Shown here: piece by piece, positions 41,823 through 53,507 of the stretch
How the letters are laid out: the number at the start of each line of letters is the position of its first letter
Numbering within the stretch: the first letter of the stretch is position 1
Notes under the pieces: model-generated
Told to the model about the DNA's origin: nothing
Databases searched by the model: none
What the model saw: the letters and a program-made list of their open reading frames with translations, nothing else
Translations under genes and position numbers: made by a program
Assembly: GCF_009914755.1 (NCBI RefSeq)
Contig: NC_060935.1
Length of the DNA: 64,000 nt
From: the human T2T-CHM13v2.0 reference genome, Homo sapiens
Direction: 5' to 3' (one strand)

Positions 41823-43104
41823 CCTTTTCCTGTTTTCTATCTCGAGCACAACTATTGCCAAGTGATGGGGGCATCCTGTAGACTCTCAGCAGTCACTTGG
41901 GGACTCCAGTTACCTGAGCAGGTGGCCATCCTTCATGTCACCATTGTCATTTCCCCAGTCATGGGGGATGTCCACCCAGCCTCCCTCGACAGGGGCTGGC
42001 CAGAGAAGGTATTTCATCCGTGTTGCACAGATACACATCCTAATACTCCAGTTCTCACCACCCCTAAATCTGTGGGCTGAAGTATCTGCCTACAACCCCA
42101 GCCAGCTCCTTGGTACATTCCCTTTTAAGTGTCCCTTTTTCATCCCCTACTTCTTGTGGCTCTTGATGCTCCCAGAGTGAAAACTTTCTACCCAAATGCC
42201 CCAGGTTAGAGGGACAGGTGTTAACGTAAGATGTGGGTGCATTTTCTTCTACTTTCTTTTATGTGAGATTGGGCCTCCAAATATAGGTGTTTTAAGGGCT
42301 TTTTGCCCATTTAAGCACCTTCCCCCTGGAAGGTAGAATTGAGTTTTTAAATGATCCCCTATTTTTGATTGTTCAAAATACAGGATTCCCACATTCACAC
42401 AGGTACTCAAGAGTTGACTGTGGTCCTGCAGATCAGAGTGTATAGTTCATTTGGTGTGTTCATCATGTGAGTCCTCAGAGTCGTTCCAAGCAGATTTTCA
42501 GTTGTAGGCAGGGACAGCTACTGCACTGTGTTATTTTAAAAACAAAAGTCAGACATCCACTTAGGGCTTTGTAAAAGGAAACCCTGGGCATACTGAAATG
42601 GCCATAGAGCTATTTTTCCAGCTTTCCAAGGTGCAGAAGGTAGCGTCGATTTCTGATCTGGCCCTGTGACTCATCTCATAGTGCCGTGCGAAGCTGACTG
42701 CCCCGACACTGACGAGGCTCCATGTTCTGTGAGGACATTACTGACTGAACATTCAGATGTGCAAGCATTCCTGAAAAACACGGGACACAAGAGACCCTCC
42801 TGGATGAAAGATGCCTTTTGATTTCTGATTGTGGCCCCAGTTGAATCAGGGTGTTTTGTGTTTGGGTTTCTCTAATGCCAAAAATAAAAAGCATTTAATT
42901 ACATAGCTGAACTCAATGTTTGACACAGTGGAAATGAAACAGCCATATCATATCCTATAAGTATTTATTGACTATATACTGTGTGCCAGGTATCATGCTT
43001 TGCAATGAGGACATGACCAGAAACAATGTCTGACTCCCAGGAACTTACATACTTGCACAATGCTTCTAAAATTACCAATTTGTAAACTAATTTTAGGAAT
43101 GACT

Positions 43105-43260
43105 AGAAAAGAATCACCTGTGAAACTTCTGTAAAAATACAGATTCCTGGGCCCCATGTCCAGAGATACTGATTGAGTAGGTCTGGGGTAAGGACTGGGA
43201 ATCAATATTTTTAGTCAGCTTTCTAGGCAGTTCTGATGGCAGCTGGTTTGTGAACCACTC
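43105..43260. mobile_element. MER5A-like element
   Basis: agaatcacctg...atacagattcctgggcccc...gtaggtctgggg...gaaccact. Confidence 0.7.
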
Positions 43261-43792
43261 GTTTGGTGGGATAAAAAGTTTTACTTTCCAAATAAATATT
43301 TTAGTAACATGTTGACAAAGATAGGTAAATATAACTTTTTCTATCCATGGTTTGGTCAAAACAGTTGCTTTTATATCACATAAATACAATGTTAGGAAGA
43401 TTGAGTAAAACTTTAATGAAACTATTAGAACTGACAGGTATTTTGGTGTCATGTCTCTCTCTATAAGCTGTCAAGAGTTTGCCCGAGCCCTTTTCTTAAA
43501 TGGTCCTCACCTCCCAGCCCCAGACACCCTTTGGTAGGCTTCTTGCCAGTGTCCTTGATTGATGGCAAGATCTCTCTCTTCCATTTTATTTCAACTATGC
43601 TGCATTTTTTCCAGATAAATAATTAAATATCTTCAAGGACTGGGTGTCTACATGTCAAGTAGATGCATGGGTGTCTACTTGAGCATCTACCATACTCAAG
43701 TTCTTGTTTGAATGATTTTAGTATTTTTGATAAAATGATTGTGTCTTCCTGATCTTTTACAATATTTTTCATTTGTTATCACTTTCTTACAG

Positions 43793-43911
43793 GCCTGGGA
43801 ATGGAGAATATTGGTGGAATCTTTGTGGTTCTTATTTGTGGCTTAATCGTGGCCATTTTTATGGCTATGTTGGAGTTTTTATGGACTCTCAGACACTCAG
43901 AAGCAACTGAG
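43793..43911 (+). CDS. GRIK4: GRIK4 coding exon, M4 helix ([40 protein letters not shown]), phase 1-0, 119 nt
   Basis: Acceptor atcactttcttacag|GC, donor GAG|gtaaac; NIGGIF M4 motif. Confidence 0.97.
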
Positions 43912-46173
43912 GTAAACTTTCAAAGGGGTATGATCGATCGTGTTGGCAGATGGGGTGAAGTTCACAGGCTCATGCACATATAAGGTTATTTCAGACGCTT
44001 ACCACAGGAAGTGCAGCAAAGAGAATCCCAGTGCCCAGCAGAGGGGATTTGGATCAATGCTTCATTACTTAGTAATTATTATGAACAACAAAGCCTTCTA
44101 GAACTATCATTTAAGATATAGTTGAGAAAAATAGGTGAAAGTACCAGGTTACTATGGAAAAGACAACCTCAGTCCTTTCATTCTGAGTATGTTTTTGCCT
44201 TGCAGGGAAAGATCCTTAGAGATATCCCGACTCATGCGAACCCAAGAATTTTATCCCCCTTCTCGGGGATTTTGAATAAGTTCAATTCCCCAGCTGTGGC
44301 TTAGAGACAGGGTTAACATAAACTTTACCCAGGTTGAACAGTTTGAAAAGAAGGAAGAAGACTATGCCACTCTTCTTCCAACCCACCCCAGGGAAGATAT
44401 ATAAATCCTTACATGTTAATTGCATTATTAGATTTTTTTTAAAAGTTACATTAGCCTCTATCTCAGTCTCCCAACTCTGAATCTTCCTAAAAACCTTTCC
44501 TAATTGGCACTGGGAAAATATCTCACAGCAGGACAAACAGTGCCCCTGGAAGTCCGTGGAGTCTGGCCTCACATGGGGCCTTAACACAACACCGCCTGCC
44601 AGTCCTGGTCCACTGTGCTCAGCCTCTTTCCTGTCTCCTTGTAGGACTTCCACGCCGTTGCCCATTCCTCAAGCCCCTCTGCTTCTGCATGCGTAGAGCT
44701 TCATTTTACTTCCCATCTCCCAAGAAATCAGGAGTGGCTAGCCCTGAATTAAAACCCCCACTAAACATCTCCCCACAGCTCAGCCACCCTGCAGCTGCAG
44801 CAGATACCCCAGTCCTCCTGCTGTCCCTTCCTTGATCCTGTCTTTCCTCAGCTGCTCCAGGATTATCCTCTTTTGCCCCTGTATTTTTTTCTGCCTGCTC
44901 TTTCTCCAGTCCACCATTGTGAACGTGTCTGCCATATTTCAAAATAATAGGAAGATTACTGTTGCTCTTGCTCTATCCCTCTCCTCTTCCAAACCAAGGG
45001 GATCCAGCTGAGAGAATCTCAGTCTCCATCACCTCACTCCCGATTTGGTCCGAAACCCAGGGCAGCCTGGCTCCTCCCTACCCCTGCACCGAAAGGCCGA
45101 TGCTTAAAGGTCTGACCCCTCCCAGTGGACCAAACCAAAGAGAATCTACTGGGCCTTATTGGACTTTGGTGTGTCCCTTGATGATGGGGATACTTTCTTT
45201 CAGAATCCCTCTTCCCTTGCCTTGCGTGGCACCCAGCTCTCTTGGTTCCCCTCCTGTTGCTGTCTCCAGCTTTACTGGCTTTTTCCTTTTGCCCACCCCT
45301 TAAAAGGTGGTGGTCTTATTTATTCCCTAAGACCTAGTTCAGGTGTTCCCTTCCTTGTGAGTCCTTCCTCATTTCTCCTGCTGTCTCCCAGCAATTGGTC
45401 ACCCTCCTTCTTCCTGACACCAGTGTAACCTATGCATGAACCACTTACACACCACGCTGCAGTTATTTTGGTATCAGCCCCCTACTAGAGATTGAGCTGC
45501 CTGAAGTAAAGACTGTGTCTTTTATCCCTGTGCTTGACATGCAGTAGACAGTCAATAAATCTACATTGTTATAGTATTGTCACATGTAATAGATTAGGCA
45601 GGTGGTACTGTTTTTATTGTAGTTATCACTAGAAGCACAGAGAGGTTAAGTGACTTGCCAAGAGTCTCTGCTATTTAGTTAACAATTGGGGGGTGTGATG
45701 GGGGCCTATAATCCAAGTCGGGAAAACTAATGTAGGCCTTATTCCATTAAGTGACATCACCTTTCTGTAGCTGCCTCACATTTTGTTATTCTCCCCAAAG
45801 CTCACCCATGGTCTGGAAGTATATTGAAAAATTCAGCAAGTAGTTAGAGCAGTCCCAATAGCTAAAATAAAGAGTCAGTGCTATGTTAGCGATTTGGCTG
45901 TGGTAGAACAACTATGCCATTGGTAGAATTGGACGAAAGAACATTAAAGAACTGAGGACTTCTGCTCCCATATGGTCTAGGAAAGTGTCCTTTCAACTCA
46001 GAGTAGAGCACTCAACAGAGCATGTACAGGCTTGGAGTTGATAGGTTTAGGTCCAAATTCAGAGTCAGCTATTAGTCAATTTTTGGCAACATACATAACT
46101 TCTCTGAGCCTCCATTTCCACATTTGTGAAATGGATATAATAATAATAGTAATAGTAGTAATACAGGCCCATC

Positions 46174-46816
<643 letters not shown>

Positions 46817-47519
46817 CTATCCTGTATTCTTCATCCACAGTTCTGACACCTAAAAAGCTTGGAGAGTTCCAAGTTCCTTGTAAGTTTGATGCAAATGCAC
46901 TCAGCGGCGGCGTGGCTTGGCTGATGTTTGTGGCCTTTATCTCACACGGTGTGAGATGTTGCTACAGAAATATGAGCGGGTTTGAATTCAAGTCTGCCCC
47001 AGACCCACCGGGTGTGATACATACTCTACTGTTTGTGCTTTGTATTACCCTCCTCTTGTTTTGGTTATCATGAGGATACATCCACCTCCTGCTATAACCA
47101 GTTGGCTAAAAGAAATAAGAATCCTTAGCCTAAGGAACAGAATGTTCATAGAGACATGGTGGCCTTTTCAAATACTTGAGAGACTGACATGTGGTGGAGG
47201 AATTATTTATTTAGTAGGCTTCAAGGTCCAAACTTAGCTGGGATCAATGAATGAAAATTTCAGGGACAGAAATTGTTAGCTCGGTAAAAGGAAGCAGCAT
47301 TTAATGGAAATGTGCAAAAAAAAAAAAAAAGTGAGATCATTGTCTTTGAAGGTGTTCAAACAAAGATTGGAGACCAGCTGGTGGGGCTCTTGAATATTAT
47401 GGTATGGAGGGTGTTTGAACATTAAATGGGAGTGGAGTGAGGAGATGGACTGAAAGGCTTTTATCATCTTCATACTTAAGATGACACGATTCTGTGACCG
47501 CTGCCCCCTTCATCCCTCA

Positions 47520-48180
47520 TCCCAGCGGACTCGCAGGGGGCCCACGGGGGCTGGTTGAGAGGCTGGGCCCTGACCTCGCTGTCTCCTCCAGGTGTCCGTC
47601 TGCCAGGAGATGGTGACCGAGCTGCGCAGCATTATCCTGTGTCAGGACAGTATCCACCCCCGCCGGCGGCGCGCCGCAGTCCCGCCGCCCCGGCCCCCCA
47701 TCCCCGAGGAGCGCCGACCGCGGGGCACGGCGACGCTCAGCAACGGGAAGCTGTGCGGGGCAGGGGAGCCCGACCAGCTCGCGCAGAGACTGGCGCAGGA
47801 GGCCGCCCTGGTGGCCCGCGGCTGCACGCACATCCGCGTCTGCCCCGAGTGCCGCCGCTTCCAGGGCCTGCGGGCACGGCCGTCGCCCGCCCGCAGCGAG
47901 GAGAGCCTGGAGTGGGAGAAAACCACCAACAGCAGCGAGCCCGAGTAGTCCCGGAGGCCACAGGACGCGCAGAGGCCGGGCGGGGCGGGAGGGGAGGGGC
48001 GGGGCGGGCGCTGCTGTCAGCCGCCAGCCGGAACTTGTACAGCGTCGACACCTCTCCAGATTTCGGATCCAGTCACTTTTCAAAAAGATCAAGGAGCCTG
48101 ACGCCCCAGCCAGAGACCGCGCCCGGTCAGGGAGCAGGGTCCACCCGGAAACGTTGCACCCAAAGGGCAAAGGACGGCCC
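47520..48180. promoter_or_regulatory. CpG island over the terminal exon, with tandem GC boxes just after the stop
   Basis: Dense CpG and very high GC against a CpG-depleted background; GGGGCGGG repeats at 47978-48008. Confidence 0.8.
47592..47948 (+). CDS. GRIK4: GRIK4 last coding exon, cytoplasmic tail (118 aa, TAG stop), with RRRR cluster (47661-47672) and PPPRPP motif (47682-47699)
   Basis: Acceptor ctgtctcctccag|GTG in phase 0. The tail matches GluK4. The poly-Arg cluster resembles the ER-retention signal established for GluK5. Confidence 0.96.
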   Translation: MSVCQEMVTELRSIILCQDSIHPRRRRAAVPPPRPPIPEERRPRGTATLSNGKLCGAGEPDQLAQRLAQEAALVARGCTHIRVCPECRRFQGLRARPSPARSEESLEWEKTTNSSEPE

Positions 48181-50595
48181 TCCCTCCTGGGCACAAGGAC
48201 CCATCTTCTCCCAGTGGGTCTTTCCCTCTCGCCAAAATAACAAGAGTATAGGGTGGGGGGTCCCTACCCAGACCAGTCCAATGAATTGGTGGAATCATCA
48301 GTTGAATTTCCCCCTAGTCAGGGGCCAATGTACCCTCCGTCTAGTTCTTACAGAAAAAAAAAAAATTAAACAGGGAAGTTTTTCTTTTCTGGATTTGTAT
48401 ATTTTTGTTAATGTTCTTTTCCCTTTTCTTTCCTCCTCTCCTTTTCTTCTTTGTCATCTTCTCAGTCCTGTTAATTTGTTTTGTGTTTTTTGGAGGGGGA
48501 GGCTGGGTTAGGGAATGGAAGCCTAAATAATCCCTATTTCTTCTTTTTCCTGAATTTTGGAATATTGCGTTACCAGTGCATCCGATTTCAGGTGCTTAAC
48601 TCTCTGTATGGTGACTGAGGGGCCTGCAGGAGCACAGGAGAAGGAGTCTTGGGAAGAATCAGATGGAGAGTCTCAAAAGTCCATTGCAGTAAACTTTGAG
48701 ATGCCAAAAAGCAATTAACTCATCCTATACTCAGACCTTGAAACGCCTGGAATGTCAAGGGTTAATCTGTCTTTTCTTTCCCTTTCTCTTTCTGACTGTC
48801 ACTATTACTGGGTTTGATTTGATCTTTTTGTGAATGTAGTCTCTGAAGACAGACAGGGGAGGAGAACAGAATGCACAAAGTATCCTAGGACTTTGTTTAA
48901 GGAGCGGAAAGAGCAGATAGAATTTTCCCATACCATGGCCTTGGCTTCCGGTGGAACGTGCCGTTCACAGAGGCGGAAGGACTGGGCCACCCCGTTGGTA
49001 TGGTGCATACTTTGTCAACTGCATCTCTTTTCAACCAAACTCAAATGAGTGGCTGCCTATGAAGCCAGACCCCCAAGACTATCATGGATTGGGTGGTTTC
49101 TTGCTACTTAGACGTGAGACCTGGGTGCAAGTGTATGTGTGTGTATGTGTGCGCGCGTGTGCGTGTGTGTATTTATTCAACAGAAAGACCTTAAGTATTC
49201 AAGAATTTGCTAGGTTCCTGGGAGAGAGGTGGAGTCTCCTAGTCAATACACGGGCCTGGGAACCAGGAACTCTTGAGTCGTAACCTCAGCTTGAGCAGTA
49301 GCCCTCCCACCTTGTATGACTTTAGGTAAAGCATTTAACTTCTCTTCCATCTACCAAATAGGAGTTACTGATGCTGTCCAGGTTACCAGGTGACTGCTAG
49401 TGACTGCTCTCCATGTGAGAAGTTTGCAGAGTCCAGAGCACACATCTGATGGGAGGGGCGAGGCTTTCTACAGCTGCTTGACCTTTGCTTGGCTTCACTA
49501 ATTGGGAGTTTCACGCAGAGTTCTCATTGGCTGATGGAAAACAAATTCTATGCAATTTCTGATTGTAAACTTAGAAAATTCAGAGAGAAACAAACAGCCG
49601 CTACCAACCACCTCCACCTCCACCACCGCTGCCACCACCTTGAATGGAATTGTCCTCACTTTTGTTGCTGTTGCAAATGTACTAAAATAAAGACATCTTT
49701 GGAAGATGACGAGCTTAATTCATGTTTTTGCCATTTGGGTTGGTCGGCATCCTCTTTATGCCAGGACAATCAGTTAGGGCTGCCGTCCTGGGGGCCAAAT
49801 GGTACCCTGATTATTCCTGTGAGGGATACTCGTTTTGTCCTCACCTGACCTCACTCATGAATTTGAATCCTTTATCTTTTTTCTCTTTAACCATCAAATG
49901 ACAACAAGCTGTGCAAGACACTTGTGTCTTTTTTTAAACCTTGCCTTGATCCTCGTGGAGAAACGTGGATTTGGTGGGAAGGGCACCCGAAGGCCAGCTG
50001 ACAACAAACCCCAATGGTGCCACTCTGCTCCAACCTGCAGCTCCATCCTATGCTTCTCACAGACAACGTGGTTCCTACTGTCAGATCACATTTGGGGCGG
50101 GAAGGGTGGTTTTTTAAAAAAACTCGTTTTTATGAGCAGGCTATCTTGATCAATAGCAAACTTTTTTTAATGGATTAGTGAAATAAATGTCCCCATGCAT
50201 CATTTATAGTCTGTTTCTTTCTCCGTGTGGAATCAAGATAAGACTGCCAGCACTAGACGGTTTCTGTTAGCTGCTGAGACCAGGGCCTCACCTTGCTCAA
50301 GCTAGTGGGTGAATTTGCAACCAGCTAATACTCTTCCTTGGTTTGTTTCCACTTTTTATCTGTTGGTTGTTGGCTTTCTTTTCCATTCTGTATTTTCTAT
50401 CTGACTCTGTATACTGTATAAAGCAGTTTTTTCTTGTCTGTTTATCTTTCTTCAACTGGAATATTTACAATAAAACAGAAACAAATCCTGAAATGTTAGT
50501 GATGGATGACAGCTGTTTGGGTTTAGAAAGTATGGTTCAGTGTGTCTAATATCCAGGTACTAGACTTGAAAAGCAAATAAAATCATAAACCCACT
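47949..50595 (+). other. GRIK4: GRIK4 3'UTR (end approximate)
   Basis: Follows the stop codon. Contains U-rich tracts and poly(A) hexamers: ATTAAA 48365, AATAAA 49686, 50182, 50469, 50576. Confidence 0.7.
49131..49171. repeat. Mixed (TG)/(CG) alternating purine-pyrimidine tract in the 3'UTR
   Basis: gtgtatgtgtgtgtatgtgtgcgcgcgtgtgcgtgtgtgta. Confidence 0.85.
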
Positions 50596-50620
50596 TTTTG
50601 TCTTCCCCTCCACCTGCCCT
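50469..50620 (+). terminator. Distal polyadenylation signals (AATAAA at 50469-50474 and 50576-50581)
   Basis: Hexamers with upstream TGTA elements (~50389-50420) and a downstream T-rich tract (tttttgtct). Confidence 0.65.
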
Positions 50621-52155
50621 CTCTGTCTCCTTCTCTCCACCTCCCTCTCTACTCCCCCACCCGCTTTGGCTCTTTGTTCAGATCCCAGAAAAGTCTAGGT
50701 GGCTTCTTTCAATTTTTAGTCCTAGGAGCCTGAGCCAATCCACCCCCCCATCCCCAAAAGCGGATACATATGTTAATGAAGTTCAGGATTCCTAGGGTTT
50801 TGTCTTCCTAAATGCACTTTCACAGAATAGTCATCTATTGATACCTAGGGTAACTCTAGTCAGATATCACCCCAGATTCCACTGGGAGCTTGAAGATTAC
50901 ATCAATTAAAATATAATACTTTGCTTTATTTCTTTTAATTGCTTTGCAGGGCCCCAACCGTCACAAGATCTCACCTCAGAAACCAGGTAGAGTGTAAGTT
51001 GAGCACGGAGAGGGCCGAAAATCTTTTGGCTTCCTCTAATCCACTGCTCATATGAGAATATTCTTCCTGGGAACTTGCCAGCCAGCTCTCTTATTGGTTA
51101 GGTGAGACTGAAATATCATGATAACCAATCCACCTGGGGCCACTCTGTGAAAGTTTCTTAGTTTTGGATTCCAAGGAGCTTAATTTTCTTTTGGAATCCA
51201 AGGGGGAACTTCCCCATGTTGTAGGAGTCAAGTACACAAGGCCAGAAAAGGGCTGGGGCATTTCAGCAACACCAGATTGGTGGTTTGAGAGAAGCTTGAG
51301 AGACTCATTTGTGGCCCTCCCACCAATGGGGTGTTCACAGCAAGGTAAAACAGTCTGGAAATGATAAGGGAGATTTGAGTGCCTGACTAGTTGTCAGCTC
51401 TCTCGGGGTAATAACGAAGAGGCCTGTTTGGAAAATTCAGAGAAGGAATCCTTTCATAAAGATTTTGCTTATAGCTAGTGCTTCCTATGGGGCCTTCTCA
51501 AAGAGAAATTAAAGCACCATGAGTAATTCCTTTGCCTTTCGGTGAATGGTGACTTTCTCCCCACAGGCAGGTCCCCACAGTGGCCAAACAGAGAGTGCCC
51601 TCAGGAACTGACAACCTGCCCATCCTAAGGTTTGCCTCAAAGGCTGGGGATAGCATGCTCTCCTAAGACTTTTCCCATAGGGGAAAAAGTTGTTACTGGG
51701 TGTGGCTTCCAAAGGAAAAAAAAAAACTCCGAATTTTAGAGCCTACATGGTCAACAAGCTTCTTGTAATTTGAGGGCAATCAAGCAAGAGAAGTTCCGCC
51801 ACTACCGTAAGAACATTATCATTCAAGTTTTATGAATTTCATACCAATTTCCAAATCTGGAGAATGAATTAAACAAATACGAATGTTACCATTCAACAAA
51901 CAGCAGAACTAATGCTGAGATCAAGAAAGAAAGAAGTCTATGAAGGCAACGAAGTAAAAAATAAGCTCTCTACCAGAAGTGGCAGAAAATTGAGGCCCCA
52001 AGAAGGGTCATAAAAAAATTGAGCATATACTATAGCTGTAGGTTAACTAAGCATATGCATATAAATATTTCACTCACCAGGATTTACCGAAGCATGTCAG
52101 TGCATTGTGACTGATGGTGTACCTACTGGGGACTTGATCCTATTTACAAGTTAGA

Positions 52156-52202
52156 CTAGATACAGATGATGGATGACAAATCCCTCCATCATCTGTATCT
52201 AG
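52156..52202. repeat. Perfect 18-bp inverted repeat with 11-nt loop
   Basis: ctagatacagatgatgga / tgacaaatccc / tccatcatctgtatctag. Confidence 0.95.
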
Positions 52203-53507
52203 GGCAAAAGATCCTCCTGTAGAAAATTAGCTGAAGATCCTGCCCATTCTTCAGTATGCCTTGTGACCAATCAAGTGTTGTCTCTTGGTTGTCAGGGAAC
52301 ACTGGCACTTTTCCATAGATTGGTGAGTGACCTGGAGAGGGTATTTACCTAGCACCCAGCACCACATTAGATCTTGCCAGAAATGAGACATAGAAGCAGT
52401 GATCTATACTCTGCTTGAAGGAAAAAACTAACTTTACCTGTAAGAAACTGAAAAAAAAAATCACACAAAATATAACAATAAAAGTGCTACAGTGTGTGGT
52501 TTGGAATATTAACCATGTAGAAATTCAGAGGAGCTCAAGATTCTAAGTAGTTAAAAGAGCAAAGGAAGGCTGGGTGGAGGAAGCAGGACTGTTTGTGTGT
52601 TTGGGTTGTTAATTAATTAATTTATTTTTTTGATGTCTGGGAAATAAGATCTTGCTCATTGCCCTTGGAGTGAAATATGGTTAATTCATGTTGATGAATT
52701 CAGCACCCCTCTGATGAAAGATAGTTTGTTGTAGCTGTTGTTTTGTTTTCACCCAGTTCGTCCCTTTTTGAGGAATTCTGGCTCTCAAACGATGCTTCTT
52801 CCTGTTTGCTGCCAACACTAGAGATTCTCACCAATGTCTCATCCCTTGGCTTCTTTAAGTTGTATTAGTGGAATCAGCTGCAGATACAAACAGCCTAGCC
52901 CTACAGAATACAGAAAGGCTAACTGAAACAAGCAATGAAACTGTCTGAAGTGGATTGGGAGCTCTTTTCAGAAAAAAAAAAGATCAAAGAGTTTTAAAAT
53001 TGGGGGAAGGAGTAAGAACACAGTACTGAAGGTCTGGAGCCAGTGTATAAATTAATACAGAACCAAACGTCCAAATTTCTGATGTACGGGAACATTTAGA
53101 ACTGTCTTCCTTTTCAGTCCATTTAACCATCCTGTTACTCATAGCACAAGAAGTCTACCTGGAAAGGTATTCTACTTGGATTGTTCTGATTCGCTTCTTA
53201 GTAGCTTTTGCATTAAAAATAATAAAATGTAACTTCCATTTCCATCATCTGTAATCCTACAGCACCGAGTGGGCTACAAAAGCATTTTAAATCACTAAGA
53301 TTGGTCAAATGTGAAGGTCAACGGAGAGAAGTCACAAACAGGTGGACAGCACAGGCTGTCATTACCAGGAGACTGTGCCCTCAAGCTCAAGTGCTGACAG
53401 AACTTTAAAACCCGCTTACGGAGGATCAGATGAGAAACAGTTCAGTATAGAGAGACTTGAAGTCATTTTTCTTTGCTGATTTTTCCCTTCTTATATAAAC
53501 TAAACTG

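Noticed and set aside
47517-48194. 225-aa and other minus-strand ORFs over the last exon
   Set aside because: Expected from stop-poor GC-rich sequence; no recognisable domain
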